Sequence record: PX290280.1
From: a phage
Length of the DNA stretch: 44,859 bases
Direction: 5' to 3' (one strand)
Shown: piece after piece, positions 16,199 to 25,755 of the stretch
Layout of the letters: each line of letters begins with the position of its first letter
Numbering within the stretch: the stretch's first letter is position 1
Translations under genes and position numbers: made by a program
The notes under the pieces: generated by a model
The model's database searches: none
Told to the model about the DNA's origin: nothing
Seen by the model: only the letters and a program-made list of their open reading frames with translations

Positions 16199-17139
16199 TA
16201 GATGCTGATATGCTACCCTACATCGTAGGTTATACAATCAGTGACATGACTTATGTACGAGCCACAACTCGTGTTAAGTCAGGACAAGTCACATCAATCA
16301 AAGATACACCTGAGTGTAAGCAGGCGTGTGACCGTGTGAACTCATTGCTCAACTCTTGGGTGTATGCAGCAGAGTGTGATGCAGCTAAGTTATTCATGAC
16401 GAAATCAGAAGCAAACTTCCGTGTCCGCCTAGCATTCACCAAACCTTATAAGGGTCAACGTAAGACAGAGAAGCCTCCATTCTTCTATGAATTGCGAGAG
16501 CATCTCTTAGGGGTTCATGGTGCAATCTTAGCAGATGGAGAGGAAGCAGACGACCTCATGAGTATCGCACAATGGGATAGCCACCGCCGCTTCCAGCAAG
16601 ATACAGGTAACGAGTTTCCTATTGGTAGTCCAGAGCATAAAGCATTCTCTGATACTTGCATCGTTTCCTTGGATAAGGATTTGATGATTGTTCCTGGTTG
16701 GCATCTACAGCCGGGTCAAGAGAAGAAATGGGTAGAGCCTATGGGCTGGCTTGAGTTACGCCGCAAAGCTAATGGTCAAGTCAAAGACCTAAAAGGTGCT
16801 GGCCTTATGTTCCATTATGCACAGATGATTATCGGTGATGATATTGATAACTATGCTGGCATACCTGGTCGTGGTGCTAAATATGCCTATGATCTTCTCA
16901 AAGGTTGTAAGACAGAGAAAGAATTGTACATGGCAGTGCTTGGTGCTTACAAAGCTAAGTTCGGCCATGGACAGGTTAAGATTAAGAATTACCGAGGTGG
17001 TTATCGGGTTGGCAAAGCCTTTGACCTTATGCTTGAATGCGGTCGCTTAGCTCACATGGCTAGGTTCAAAGGTGATATATGGCGAGCCGATAAGAGCCCA
17101 ATCTTGTGGGGAGATGATGCTGAATGGTTAGCAAATTAA
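16110..17139 (+). CDS. 5'-3' exonuclease (T7 gp6-like, FEN family)
   Basis: Acidic active-site blocks IALIDADM, ADGEEADD, SLDKDL and IGDDIDNYAGIPG parallel T7 gene 6 as recalled; start taken at ATG 16110. Confidence 0.8.
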
Positions 17140-17537
17140 AAGCATCGGAGGTGGCAGCTTATAAGAAGGAATTGCTAGATAAGCAAGGATGGAAATGCCT
17201 TCTGTGTGGTGGCAGTCTCAAAGCTGTCACACCTGTAAACCGTGTACTTGACCATGACCATGAGACAGGATTCTGCCGTGCTGTTGTATGCCGAGGTTGC
17301 AATGGTGCGGAAGGGAAGATTAAGGGTGTTATCTCCGGTTATGGCAAGGCGGGTAATAACCGTTACTTCCAGCTTCAATGGTTAGAGAGATTGTATGAAT
17401 ACTGGAAGTTACATAGTACGCCTCAGACAGATAAGTTATACCACAAACATCAAACGGAGGCAGAGAAGCGCGAGGCTAAGAACCGTAAGGCACGCCTTGC
17501 TTATGCAAGAAAGAAGAAGGAGGTTAAAGTTGGGTAA
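17124..17537 (+). CDS. Endonuclease VII-type Holliday junction resolvase
   Basis: CLLCGG...DHDHETGFCRAVVCRGCN motif typical of the T4 endonuclease VII / HNH family. Confidence 0.75.
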   Translation: MVSKLKASEVAAYKKELLDKQGWKCLLCGGSLKAVTPVNRVLDHDHETGFCRAVVCRGCNGAEGKIKGVISGYGKAGNNRYFQLQWLERLYEYWKLHSTPQTDKLYHKHQTEAEKREAKNRKARLAYARKKKEVKVG

Positions 17538-18537
17538 GCTTCGCAGCTTGTACAAAGACTCCGAGGTACTTGATGCAATCGAGCAAGCTACCGACGAGAA
17601 AGGTAATGTTAACTACAACGAGATGGCACGGGTATTATCGTGTCACCCTGTGGGTAAGAAGATTACCCGCCAGTTGGCTCGATACTGGCATGGTCAATTC
17701 AAGAAGACCAAGAAGAATGGTGATTACTACCAGACTCTTCTGCAAGAGGATAAGCGTATCAAAGAGGAGCGTAAGCTCAGGACTCCTGACCGCTACGAGG
17801 ATTTGGCTATTGTACCATTGCCTGACTCGCCTCATCGAAGTGTACTGGTAATCCCTGACACTCATGCACCTTATGAGCACCCAGATACCTTAGAGTTTCT
17901 GGCAGTGGTGGCAGCACGTTACCATCCAGACACTGTAGTTCATCTGGGTGATGAGGCAGATAAACATGCCTTATCGTTCCACGATTCAGACCCCAATCTG
18001 GATAGTGCTGGCATGGAGTTAGAGAAGGCCCGTGTCTTTATGCATAAATTACACAAGATGTTTCCTGTGATGCGCCTGTGTCATTCTAATCACGGCTCTA
18101 TGCACTTCCGTAAGGCAAGCGCCAAAGGTATTCCAGTGCAATATCTTCGTACATACCGTGAAGTCTTCTTCCCAAATGGAGGTGGCGACCAGTGGGATTG
18201 GCAACATACACACGTACTTGAGTTGCCGAATGGTGAACAGGTTGCATTTAAGCATCAACCCGCAGGCTCAGTATTAGCAGATGCAGCGCATGAGCGCATG
18301 AACTTAGTGTGCGGTCACTTGCATGGTAAGATGTCGGTGGAGTATGCACGTAACACACATGAGCAGTATTGGGCTGTGCAGGGCGGCTGTCTGATTGATG
18401 AGTCATCTCGTGCATTTGCCTATGGTCGTGAGTCCAAATACAAGCCAGCATTAGGTTGTGTGGTTATTCTGGAGGGTGTGCCGCACATTGTCCCGATGCA
18501 GACCAATAGTGACAATCGCTGGATTGGTAAGATTTAG
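17530..18537 (+). CDS. Calcineurin-like metallophosphoesterase
   Basis: Start TTG 17530, 6 nt after AAGGAGG. Motifs IPDTHAPY (D-x-H), HLGDEAD (GD-x-x-D), HSNHG (GNH-like) and CGHLHG (GH-x-H). Confidence 0.75.
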   Translation: MGKLRSLYKDSEVLDAIEQATDEKGNVNYNEMARVLSCHPVGKKITRQLARYWHGQFKKTKKNGDYYQTLLQEDKRIKEERKLRTPDRYEDLAIVPLPDSPHRSVLVIPDTHAPYEHPDTLEFLAVVAARYHPDTVVHLGDEADKHALSFHDSDPNLDSAGMELEKARVFMHKLHKMFPVMRLCHSNHGSMHFRKASAKGIPVQYLRTYREVFFPNGGGDQWDWQHTHVLELPNGEQVAFKHQPAGSVLADAAHERMNLVCGHLHGKMSVEYARNTHEQYWAVQGGCLIDESSRAFAYGRESKYKPALGCVVILEGVPHIVPMQTNSDNRWIGKI

Positions 18538-18555
18538 TTGACACTATAGAACAAA
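18533..18555 (+). promoter_or_regulatory. Phage RNAP promoter, SP6-like variant (ATTTAGTTGACACTATAGAACAA)
   Basis: The copy closest to the SP6 consensus. Confidence 0.7.
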
Positions 18556-18604
18556 GGGCAGGTATTAGCTTGCCCTTGATTGTATAGTGAATGGAGGAAT
18601 GAAT

Positions 18605-19144
18605 ATGTCACACTATGTATGTAAGAAATGCCACAATCGCTATGATAATTGCACCTGTGATTACAGTAAAGATGGAAAGATTAAAGCAGGCGATTATGTT
18701 GTACGACGTGAAAATTATCGGAACTTAGATTGGCTTAAGGTGTGTAACAAATTAGGTAAGAAGCCTGATTCAGTTTTCAAAGTTATAAATGACGAATCGG
18801 TTGGTAGCGCCATTATGCTTGAAGGTATAGAAAAGAGAGAATGGTATGCACCTTACTTTGAGCAAGTAGCTACTCCTCCAGTTTTATCTGAGTCCAACAT
18901 GTTGGACAACAATATGGTTACTAAGCCTAAACACTACGAGTTCTTCGAAGGTGTAGAAGTAATCACTGTCATTGCCCGTAGCATGACAGAGAAGCAATTC
19001 GCTGGTTATTGCATGGGTAACGCTTTGAAATATCGTCTGCGTGCAGGTAAGAAATTCAACACTGAAGAAGATCTGAAGAAAGCAGACTACTACAAAGAGC
19101 TATTCCAGAAGCATCGTCACGAATGTATTGATGAGGATATTTAA
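18605..19144 (+). CDS. Conserved phage protein with an N-terminal Cys-rich zinc-binding motif
   Basis: CKKCHNRYDNCTC at the N-terminus; C-terminal block HYEFFEGVEVI...GNALKYRLRAGKK...DLKKADYY looks like a widespread phage domain; GGAGG ribosome-binding site. Confidence 0.6.
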   Translation: MSHYVCKKCHNRYDNCTCDYSKDGKIKAGDYVVRRENYRNLDWLKVCNKLGKKPDSVFKVINDESVGSAIMLEGIEKREWYAPYFEQVATPPVLSESNMLDNNMVTKPKHYEFFEGVEVITVIARSMTEKQFAGYCMGNALKYRLRAGKKFNTEEDLKKADYYKELFQKHRHECIDEDI

Positions 19145-19145
19145 T

Positions 19146-19262
19146 ATGACTTGTCCTAATTGTGGAAGTGAAGAAACAGAACATGTAGTTATGTCAGATA
19201 CTTATCATTTCTACTTCTGTCATAGCTGCGACACCACCATTGAAGAGGAAGAAGTTGTATGA
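19146..19262 (+). CDS. Zinc-ribbon mini-protein (38 aa)
   Basis: CPNCG...CHSCD; overlaps the ligase start. Confidence 0.4.
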   Translation: MTCPNCGSEETEHVVMSDTYHFYFCHSCDTTIEEEEVV

Positions 19263-20206
19263 ATATCTTTGAGTTCCTAGGTCTTCCAGAAGACCACCGC
19301 AATCACCCATTCATGTTGGTGAAACATCGCGGTGAAGTTCCTGAGAAGAAATTAACTTTTCCATGTTATGCACAGGTAAAACGAGATGGTATCTTTTCTG
19401 CTGTTGTTGTTCGCACTGATGGTGTCGTTGGCATTTTTGGTCGCACTGGTAAGAAACTGGCAAACACTGAAGTGCTCGAACAAACCTTTGCTACCTTTCC
19501 GGTTGGCATTTATCTTGGTGAGCTTCAGTCTATGGCCTTTGATATCTACCTTGAGGCACTCTCTGGGGTGGTGAACCCAAATCGCACAGAGCCACTTGAT
19601 TTCATAGGCCAGCAGATTAAAGATAACCTGTATATTGACTTCTTCGATATGTTAACCGTTAAGGCATTCCATGATGGATTCACTGATGTTTCTTATCTCA
19701 AACGTTACGATGCTTTACATCGTCGCATCGGCACTCATCTTAGCGGGTACAACGCTATCCTTCCTATTACTCCTTGCCATAATGAGCGAGAAGTTGAAGC
19801 GTTTGCGCAAGAGCAAATAGACGCAGGCCGAGAGGGTGCTGTGTTTAAACTGGACTGTGATTATGAAGCAGGCCACAAAGGTTATCGTCAGACTAAAGAA
19901 GTCCGTAAGGTAACTTATGACCTTACTTGTATTGGCTTTGAAGAAGGTAAAGGCAAGTACAAAGGTAAGGTAGCTAACCTCATTTTCAAATGGAAAGGGG
20001 GCAAGACAATCAAAGCTATGTTAGGTAAAGGGTGGACTCATGCAGATGCAGAACAGATGTTCCACGATATTAAACATGGTGGACGATTGAATGTCATTGG
20101 TAAAATCTTTGAAGTAAAAGGTCTTCAGGATTCAAGCAAGGGCAACATTCGTCTGCCCAAAGCGGGAGAATTAAGACATGACAAAGATGAACCAGATTTC
20201 TTTTGA
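19259..20206 (+). CDS. ATP-dependent DNA ligase
   Basis: Motif I VKRDG (lysine adenylation site), motif V EGAVFK and a Lys-rich C-terminal region, as in T7 gene 1.3. Confidence 0.85.
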   Translation: MNIFEFLGLPEDHRNHPFMLVKHRGEVPEKKLTFPCYAQVKRDGIFSAVVVRTDGVVGIFGRTGKKLANTEVLEQTFATFPVGIYLGELQSMAFDIYLEALSGVVNPNRTEPLDFIGQQIKDNLYIDFFDMLTVKAFHDGFTDVSYLKRYDALHRRIGTHLSGYNAILPITPCHNEREVEAFAQEQIDAGREGAVFKLDCDYEAGHKGYRQTKEVRKVTYDLTCIGFEEGKGKYKGKVANLIFKWKGGKTIKAMLGKGWTHADAEQMFHDIKHGGRLNVIGKIFEVKGLQDSSKGNIRLPKAGELRHDKDEPDFF

Positions 20207-20393
20207 TAGCATGAAGGCAACTCGTGCAGTTGAGGTAGCAGAAGCTATCTTTGAAACTTTATCATGTGGCATGGAATTGCCGTATACTTTACTGGCTGAT
20301 GCAGAAGAGCTTGGTCTTTCTGTAGAAGCTATCCAAGAGAAGGTTGAAGAACTCTATGGTACAGACGAAGAAGAAACCGACGATTTCATTTGA
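20178..20393 (+). CDS. Hypothetical acidic protein (71 aa)
   Basis: GGGAG ribosome-binding site; overlaps the ligase 3' end. Confidence 0.5.
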   Translation: MTKMNQISFDSMKATRAVEVAEAIFETLSCGMELPYTLLADAEELGLSVEAIQEKVEELYGTDEEETDDFI

Positions 20394-20526
20394 GGGTATG
20401 GAGATGCTTGAGATGATTCTCAAGCCTTCTTCTCCGAAGGTGACTAAGACTCACGAAGAATTAATCGTAGATGAAGTTAAGCGTTACATAATGGATTGTG
20501 TCAGAGCACAACTGGTGGTCCAATGA
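20356..20526 (+). CDS. Small ribbon-helix-helix-like protein (about 56 aa), translationally coupled to the GNAT gene
   Basis: Start uncertain (TTG 20344, ATG 20356 or ATG 20395). PTISFEG (beta strand), MEMLEMILK (helix A) and TKTHEELIVDEVKRYI (helix B with S/T cap) fit the CopG/Arc pattern; its stop overlaps the GNAT start (ATGA). Confidence 0.4.
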   Translation: MVQTKKKPTISFEGMEMLEMILKPSSPKVTKTHEELIVDEVKRYIMDCVRAQLVVQ

Positions 20527-20984
20527 TACGTCCAGCTTCATTCCTAGATATTCCTGAGATTATAAACCTTGGGAATAAGTATGTGGAAGAGGAAGTCAAG
20601 GTTGTAGCCCATCACTCAGCCTCATGGAATGCAGAACAAAGTGCACATAACCTTTGTGCATCTCTTAGTAGAGAAGATTTATTCCTATGGGTTGCTGTAG
20701 ATGAAGGGCGGATTGTAGGGTTCCTGTGGGCTGGCTATCACGAGTTGGCCCCTTGGACACCTGTAATGGTTGCCTCTGACATTCTCTTTTATATTATACC
20801 AGAGAAGCGAGGAACCCTACTTGGTATGCGTCTCATCAAAGCCCTAAAGCAATGGGCTAGTGATAATGAATGCTCTGAGGTTCGCCTGTCTATCGCCTCT
20901 GGTATTAATGAAGAACGTGTCGGACGTATGTATAAGCGACTTGGCTTTGAACCGTTTGGCACTGTGTACAACCTGAAGTTCTAA
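20523..20984 (+). CDS. GNAT-family N-acetyltransferase
   Basis: 153 aa from ATG 20523; acetyl-CoA-binding region EKRGTLLGMRLIKAL and C-terminal YKRLGFEPFG, both typical of GNAT folds. Confidence 0.7.
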   Translation: MIRPASFLDIPEIINLGNKYVEEEVKVVAHHSASWNAEQSAHNLCASLSREDLFLWVAVDEGRIVGFLWAGYHELAPWTPVMVASDILFYIIPEKRGTLLGMRLIKALKQWASDNECSEVRLSIASGINEERVGRMYKRLGFEPFGTVYNLKF

Positions 20985-20993
20985 GGAGATAAC

Positions 20994-21203
20994 ATGGGTG
21001 TTGTAAAGAAAGCATTTAAGGCTATCGGTCTTGCTCAAGATGCACCACGTATTGAAGCCAAAGTCCCAGCACAGCAGCTTGAGCGTAAGCCTGAGACTGA
21101 AGCTGAAGATATTCAAATTGGTGCAGGTGGTGATGATGCGACTGCATCTGCAAAAGGTAAGCGCGGCCTTGTCCGTCCGGTAGCTTCTAGCTTGAAGGTG
21201 TAA
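20994..21203 (+). CDS. Small protein upstream of the portal gene (69 aa)
   Basis: AAGGAG ribosome-binding site; position matches T7 gene 7.3 but no motif support. Confidence 0.5.
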   Translation: MGVVKKAFKAIGLAQDAPRIEAKVPAQQLERKPETEAEDIQIGAGGDDATASAKGKRGLVRPVASSLKV

Positions 21204-21204
21204 T

Positions 21205-22755
21205 ATGAAACAGAGCACAGATTTGGAGTATGGAGGTAAGCGGTCTAAGATACCTAAGCTATGGGAGAAGTTCTCCACTAAACGTAGCTCTTTCCTTGAT
21301 AGGGCGAAGCATTACTCCAAATTAACCTTGCCCTATCTGATGAATGACAAAGGTGATAACGAGACTTCGCAGAATGGATGGCAAGGTGTAGGTGCTCAGG
21401 CAACTAATCATCTAGCCAACAAGCTAGCGCAAGTACTATTCCCTGCACAGCGTTCCTTCTTCCGTGTAGACTTAACTGCACAAGGTGAGAAGGTTCTTAA
21501 TCAGCGTGGCCTGAAGAAGACAGAGCTAGCTACCATCTTCGCTCAAGTGGAAACACGGGCAATGAAAGAGTTAGAGCAACGTCAATTCCGGCCTGCTGTA
21601 GTGGAAGCATTCAAGCATCTTATTGTTGCTGGTAGCTGTATGCTATATAAGCCGAGCAAAGGTGCAATCAGTGCTATCCCAATGCATCACTATGTAGTTA
21701 ACCGTGATACCAATGGCGACCTGTTAGACATTATCTTACTGCAAGAGAAAGCCTTACGCACCTTTGACCCAGCTACACGTGCTGTAGTAGAGGTTGGCCT
21801 GAAAGGTAAGAAGTGCAAGGAGGATGACAGCGTTAAGCTGTACACACATGCTAAGTATCTTGGTGATGGATTTTGGGAACTCAAGCAATCTGCTGATGAT
21901 ATCCCTGTGGGTAAGGTGAGTAAAATCAAATCAGAAAAGCTACCTTTCATCCCATTAACTTGGAAGCGAAGCTATGGTGAGGATTGGGGTCGCCCTCTTG
22001 CAGAGGATTACTCCGGTGATTTATTCGTTATCCAATTCTTATCTGAAGCGGTTGCCCGTGGTGCTGCGCTGATGGCAGATATCAAGTACCTGATTCGTCC
22101 GGGTGCTCAAACTGATGTTGACCACTTTGTTAACTCTGGCACTGGTGAGGTTGTCACTGGTGTAGAAGAAGACATCCATATTGTACAGTTAGGTAAGTAC
22201 GCAGACCTCACACCTATTAGCGCGGTTCTAGAGGTATACACTCGCCGTATCGGTGTTGTCTTCATGATGGAGACAATGACACGCCGTGACGCCGAACGTG
22301 TTACTGCTGTAGAAATCCAGCGAGATGCGTTAGAGATTGAGCAGAACATGGGTGGTGTATACTCCCTCTTTGCTACTACTATGCAATCGCCAGTAGCGAT
22401 GTGGGGTCTGCTGGAGGCAGGGGAGTCCTTCACTAGTGACTTAGTGGACCCTGTGATTATCACAGGTATTGAAGCTTTAGGACGCATGGCTGAGTTGGAT
22501 AAACTGGCTAACTTTGCTCAGTATATGTCACTGCCATTACAATGGCCTGAGCCTGTCCTAGCTGCTGTGAAATGGCCTGACTATATGGATTGGGTGCGTG
22601 GTCAAATCTCTGCTGAACTGCCGTTCCTTAAATCGGCTGAAGAGATGGCACAAGAACAGGAAGCACAGATGCAAGCACAGCAAGCACAGATGCTTGAAGA
22701 AGGTGTGGCTAAGGCCGTGCCGGGTGTAATTCAACAAGAACTTAAGGAGGCGTAA
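21205..22755 (+). CDS. Portal (head-to-tail connector) protein
   Basis: 516 aa; WQGVGAQATNHLANKLAQVLFP parallels the T7 gp8 region WQAVGARGLNNLASKL as recalled; synteny. Confidence 0.85.
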   Translation: MKQSTDLEYGGKRSKIPKLWEKFSTKRSSFLDRAKHYSKLTLPYLMNDKGDNETSQNGWQGVGAQATNHLANKLAQVLFPAQRSFFRVDLTAQGEKVLNQRGLKKTELATIFAQVETRAMKELEQRQFRPAVVEAFKHLIVAGSCMLYKPSKGAISAIPMHHYVVNRDTNGDLLDIILLQEKALRTFDPATRAVVEVGLKGKKCKEDDSVKLYTHAKYLGDGFWELKQSADDIPVGKVSKIKSEKLPFIPLTWKRSYGEDWGRPLAEDYSGDLFVIQFLSEAVARGAALMADIKYLIRPGAQTDVDHFVNSGTGEVVTGVEEDIHIVQLGKYADLTPISAVLEVYTRRIGVVFMMETMTRRDAERVTAVEIQRDALEIEQNMGGVYSLFATTMQSPVAMWGLLEAGESFTSDLVDPVIITGIEALGRMAELDKLANFAQYMSLPLQWPEPVLAAVKWPDYMDWVRGQISAELPFLKSAEEMAQEQEAQMQAQQAQMLEEGVAKAVPGVIQQELKEA

Positions 22756-23675
22756 TGTCTTTCTCATTTACTGAACCGTCAACCACCCACCCTACTGCTG
22801 AAGAAAATCCGGTAGAAACCAAGGAGGTAACAACTGATGCTGCTACTACTGATGTTCCTGCTGATGCTGGCACTGCTGTACAAGACGACAATGCTGGTGC
22901 ACAATCTACTGAAGACGCCGGAGGAGAAGCTTCTGGACAGCCTTCAGAAGAAGGAGACAATGGCGGAGAGAATGGTGAATCTAAGCCAGATGATACCGCG
23001 ACCGACACTGAGGAAGTGCAATACTTCTTCGGAGAACATGAAGTAACAGTAGACATCCCACAGGATGTAACTGACAGCCTTAAAGAGAAAGGCATTGATG
23101 CCAAGCAGGTTGCCAAGGAACTCTATTCCAAAGGTGGCAAGTTTGAACTGTCAGATGCAACCAAGCAGAAATTGTATGATGCTTTTGGCAAGTTTGCGGT
23201 AGATGCTTACCTGTCAGGTCTTAAGGCTCAAAATGAAGCCTTCTTCCTGAAAGAAGCCAACGCAGCTAAAGAGTTGGAAGCAGCTAACACCCAACGCTTC
23301 TCTGATGTTTCTAAGGAAATTGGTGGCGAAGAAGGTTGGTCCCGTCTTGAGGAGTGGGCGCTTGAAACGCTATCCGATGACGAACTCACGGCATTCAATG
23401 CTGTGATGGAGTCTGGCAACCAGTACCTCCAGCAGTACGCTGTGCGTGAACTGGAGAGCCGCCGTAAGGCTGCACAGGGTGATGATAGGCCATCCCTGAT
23501 TGAGCCATCAGCACCTGCTAAGGCTAATGAAGAGAATGGCCCACTGACGCGAGATCAGTACGTTCAAGCAATCGCAACTCTTAGCCAGAAGTACGGCAAT
23601 GACCGTAAAGCTATGGCAGAAGCTCAGGCTAAACTGGACGCCCGTCGCCGTGCTGGCATGGCTCGCGGTATCTAA
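22755..23675 (+). CDS. Capsid assembly (scaffolding) protein
   Basis: 306 aa, acidic and helical, between portal and capsid genes. Confidence 0.7.
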   Translation: MSFSFTEPSTTHPTAEENPVETKEVTTDAATTDVPADAGTAVQDDNAGAQSTEDAGGEASGQPSEEGDNGGENGESKPDDTATDTEEVQYFFGEHEVTVDIPQDVTDSLKEKGIDAKQVAKELYSKGGKFELSDATKQKLYDAFGKFAVDAYLSGLKAQNEAFFLKEANAAKELEAANTQRFSDVSKEIGGEEGWSRLEEWALETLSDDELTAFNAVMESGNQYLQQYAVRELESRRKAAQGDDRPSLIEPSAPAKANEENGPLTRDQYVQAIATLSQKYGNDRKAMAEAQAKLDARRRAGMARGI

Positions 23676-23682
23676 TTCAGTA

Positions 23683-23705
23683 TTTACTGGACACTATAGA
23701 AGGGA
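23683..23705 (+). promoter_or_regulatory. Phage RNAP promoter upstream of the capsid gene
   Basis: ATTTACTGGACACTATAGAAGGG. Confidence 0.85.
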
Positions 23706-23754
23706 GAAAAGTTCTCCCTAGTTATCAATTTGATTTATAAGGAGATTATAATAC

Positions 23755-24963
23755 ATGTCTACACCGAATACTCTGACTAACGTTGCTGTATCTGCATCCG
23801 GTGAGGTTGACAGCCTTCTCATTGAGAAGTTTAATGGTAAGGTCAATGAGCAGTACCTGAAAGGTGAGAACATTCTGTCCTACTTTGATGTACAAACTGT
23901 TACTGGCACTAACACAGTGAGCAACAAATATTTGGGCGAAACTGAGTTGCAGGTGCTAGCACCGGGTCAGTCCCCTAATGCCACCCCTACTCAGGCGGAT
24001 AAAAACCAGTTGGTAATTGATACCACTGTCATTGCTCGTAACACTGTGGCTCACATCCACGATGTACAAGGTGACATCGATAGCCTGAAACCAAAATTGG
24101 CTATGAACCAAGCCAAGCAACTGAAACGTCTGGAAGACCAGATGGCAATTCAGCAGATGCTGTTAGGCGGTATTGCTAACACCAAGACCAAACGTAACAA
24201 ACCGCGTGTTAAAGGGCATGGCTTCTCTATCAACGTTAACGTAACTGAGAGTGAAGCACTGGCTAACCCTCAGTATGTTATGGCTGCGGTAGAGTATGCT
24301 CTGGAGCAACAGCTTGAGCAGGAAGTGGACATCTCTGATGTAGCTATCATGATGCCGTGGAAGTTCTTCAATGCTCTGCGTGATGCAGACCGAATTGTAG
24401 ATAAGACTTACACTATCAGCCAGTCTGGTGCAACCATTAATGGCTTCGTTCTCTCTTCTTATAACTGCCCTGTGATCCCGTCTAACCGATTCCCTACCTT
24501 CGCTCAGAATCAGGCTCACCACCTGTTGTCTAATGAAGATAACGGCTATCGTTATGACCCTATCGCAGAGATGAATGGTGCAGTTGCTGTTCTGTTCACT
24601 GCCGACGCACTGCTGGTGGGTCGTACCATTGAAGTGACTGGTGACATCTTCTATGAGAAGAAAGAGAAGACTTATTACATTGACACCTTCATGGCTGAGG
24701 GTGCAATCCCTGACCGTTGGGAAGCAGTGTCTGTAGTTACCACTAAACGTAATGCAACTACTGGTGCTGCTGAAGGTTCTGGTGATGATCACGCAACCGT
24801 ACTGGCTCGTGCACAGCGTAAGGCTGTATATGTCAAAACCGAAGGTGCTGCGGCTGCATTCTCTGCTGCCCCAGCAGGTATCCAAGCGGAAGACCTTGTA
24901 GCGGCGGTACGTGCTGTAATGACAAATGACATCAAGCCGACTGCAATGAAACCTGCTGAGTAA
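23755..24963 (+). CDS. Major capsid protein
   Basis: 402 aa, strong codon bias, behind a strong promoter and followed by a terminator; synteny. Confidence 0.8.
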   Translation: MSTPNTLTNVAVSASGEVDSLLIEKFNGKVNEQYLKGENILSYFDVQTVTGTNTVSNKYLGETELQVLAPGQSPNATPTQADKNQLVIDTTVIARNTVAHIHDVQGDIDSLKPKLAMNQAKQLKRLEDQMAIQQMLLGGIANTKTKRNKPRVKGHGFSINVNVTESEALANPQYVMAAVEYALEQQLEQEVDISDVAIMMPWKFFNALRDADRIVDKTYTISQSGATINGFVLSSYNCPVIPSNRFPTFAQNQAHHLLSNEDNGYRYDPIAEMNGAVAVLFTADALLVGRTIEVTGDIFYEKKEKTYYIDTFMAEGAIPDRWEAVSVVTTKRNATTGAAEGSGDDHATVLARAQRKAVYVKTEGAAAAFSAAPAGIQAEDLVAAVRAVMTNDIKPTAMKPAE

Positions 24964-24971
24964 TACCTATG

Positions 24972-25007
24972 CCCTATCTACCTTGCGTAGGTAGGGTTCT
25001 TTTTGTT
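24972..25007 (+). terminator. Terminator after the capsid gene (T-phi equivalent)
   Basis: ccctatctacc-ttgc-gtaggtaggg hairpin followed by TTCTTTTTGTT. Confidence 0.75.
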
Positions 25008-25017
25008 AGGAGGATTC

Positions 25018-25755
25018 ATGCCTGTTATTAAACAACAAAGTTACACTGGCTATACTGTCTCAGATGTAGCCTTTCAAGTGATTGATAGTAAGCTGGAGGC
25101 TGTTAACCTTTGTATGCGAGCCATTGGTCGTGAGGGTGTGGATTCTCTCGACTCAGGCGACCTTGATGCTGAAGATGCTAGCAAAATGATTGATATCGTC
25201 TCCCAACGTTTCCAATACAACAAAGGAGGTGGTTGGTGGTTTAACCGTGAGCCTAACTGGCAGCTTGCACCAGATACTAATGGTGAGGTTAATCTACCTA
25301 ATAACTGTCTAGCAGTATTGCAGTGCTATGCTTTAGGTGAGAAGAAAGTACCCATGACTATGCGAGCAGGTAAGCTCTACTCTACTTGGAGTCACACATT
25401 TGATATGCGTAAGCATGTTAATGCTAATGGTATGATTCGTCTTACCTTACTCACCTTACTCCCCTACGAGCATCTACCTACAAGTGTAATGCAGGCTATT
25501 GCCTATCAAGCTGCTGTAGAGTTTATTGTGTCTAAGGATGCAGATCAGACTAAGCTAGCCACTGCACAGCAGATTGCCACTCAGCTTCTTATGGATGTGC
25601 AATCAGAGCAAATGTCACAGAAGCGATTAAACATGCTGGTACATAACCCCACTCAGCGTCAGTTTGGTATCATGGCTGGTGGCTCTCAGAATGTACCTGC
25701 TTACTCTCATTCACCTTATGAGAGTTGGGCGCTCCGTCCGTGGGAGGATCGTTAA
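25018..25755 (+). CDS. Tail tubular protein A (gp11-like)
   Basis: AGGAGG ribosome-binding site; size and position after the capsid gene. Confidence 0.65.
   Translation: MPVIKQQSYTGYTVSDVAFQVIDSKLEAVNLCMRAIGREGVDSLDSGDLDAEDASKMIDIVSQRFQYNKGGGWWFNREPNWQLAPDTNGEVNLPNNCLAVLQCYALGEKKVPMTMRAGKLYSTWSHTFDMRKHVNANGMIRLTLLTLLPYEHLPTSVMQAIAYQAAVEFIVSKDADQTKLATAQQIATQLLMDVQSEQMSQKRLNMLVHNPTQRQFGIMAGGSQNVPAYSHSPYESWALRPWEDR

Noticed and set aside
17395-17529. N-terminal extension of the phosphoesterase ORF as given in the track
   Set aside because: This part overlaps the endonuclease VII gene and is Arg-rich out-of-frame sequence; a strong AAGGAGG followed by TTG at 17530 gives a much better start.
24163-24885. 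240-aa minus-strand ORF opposite the major capsid gene
   Set aside because: Antisense to the most strongly supported late gene; no start context.
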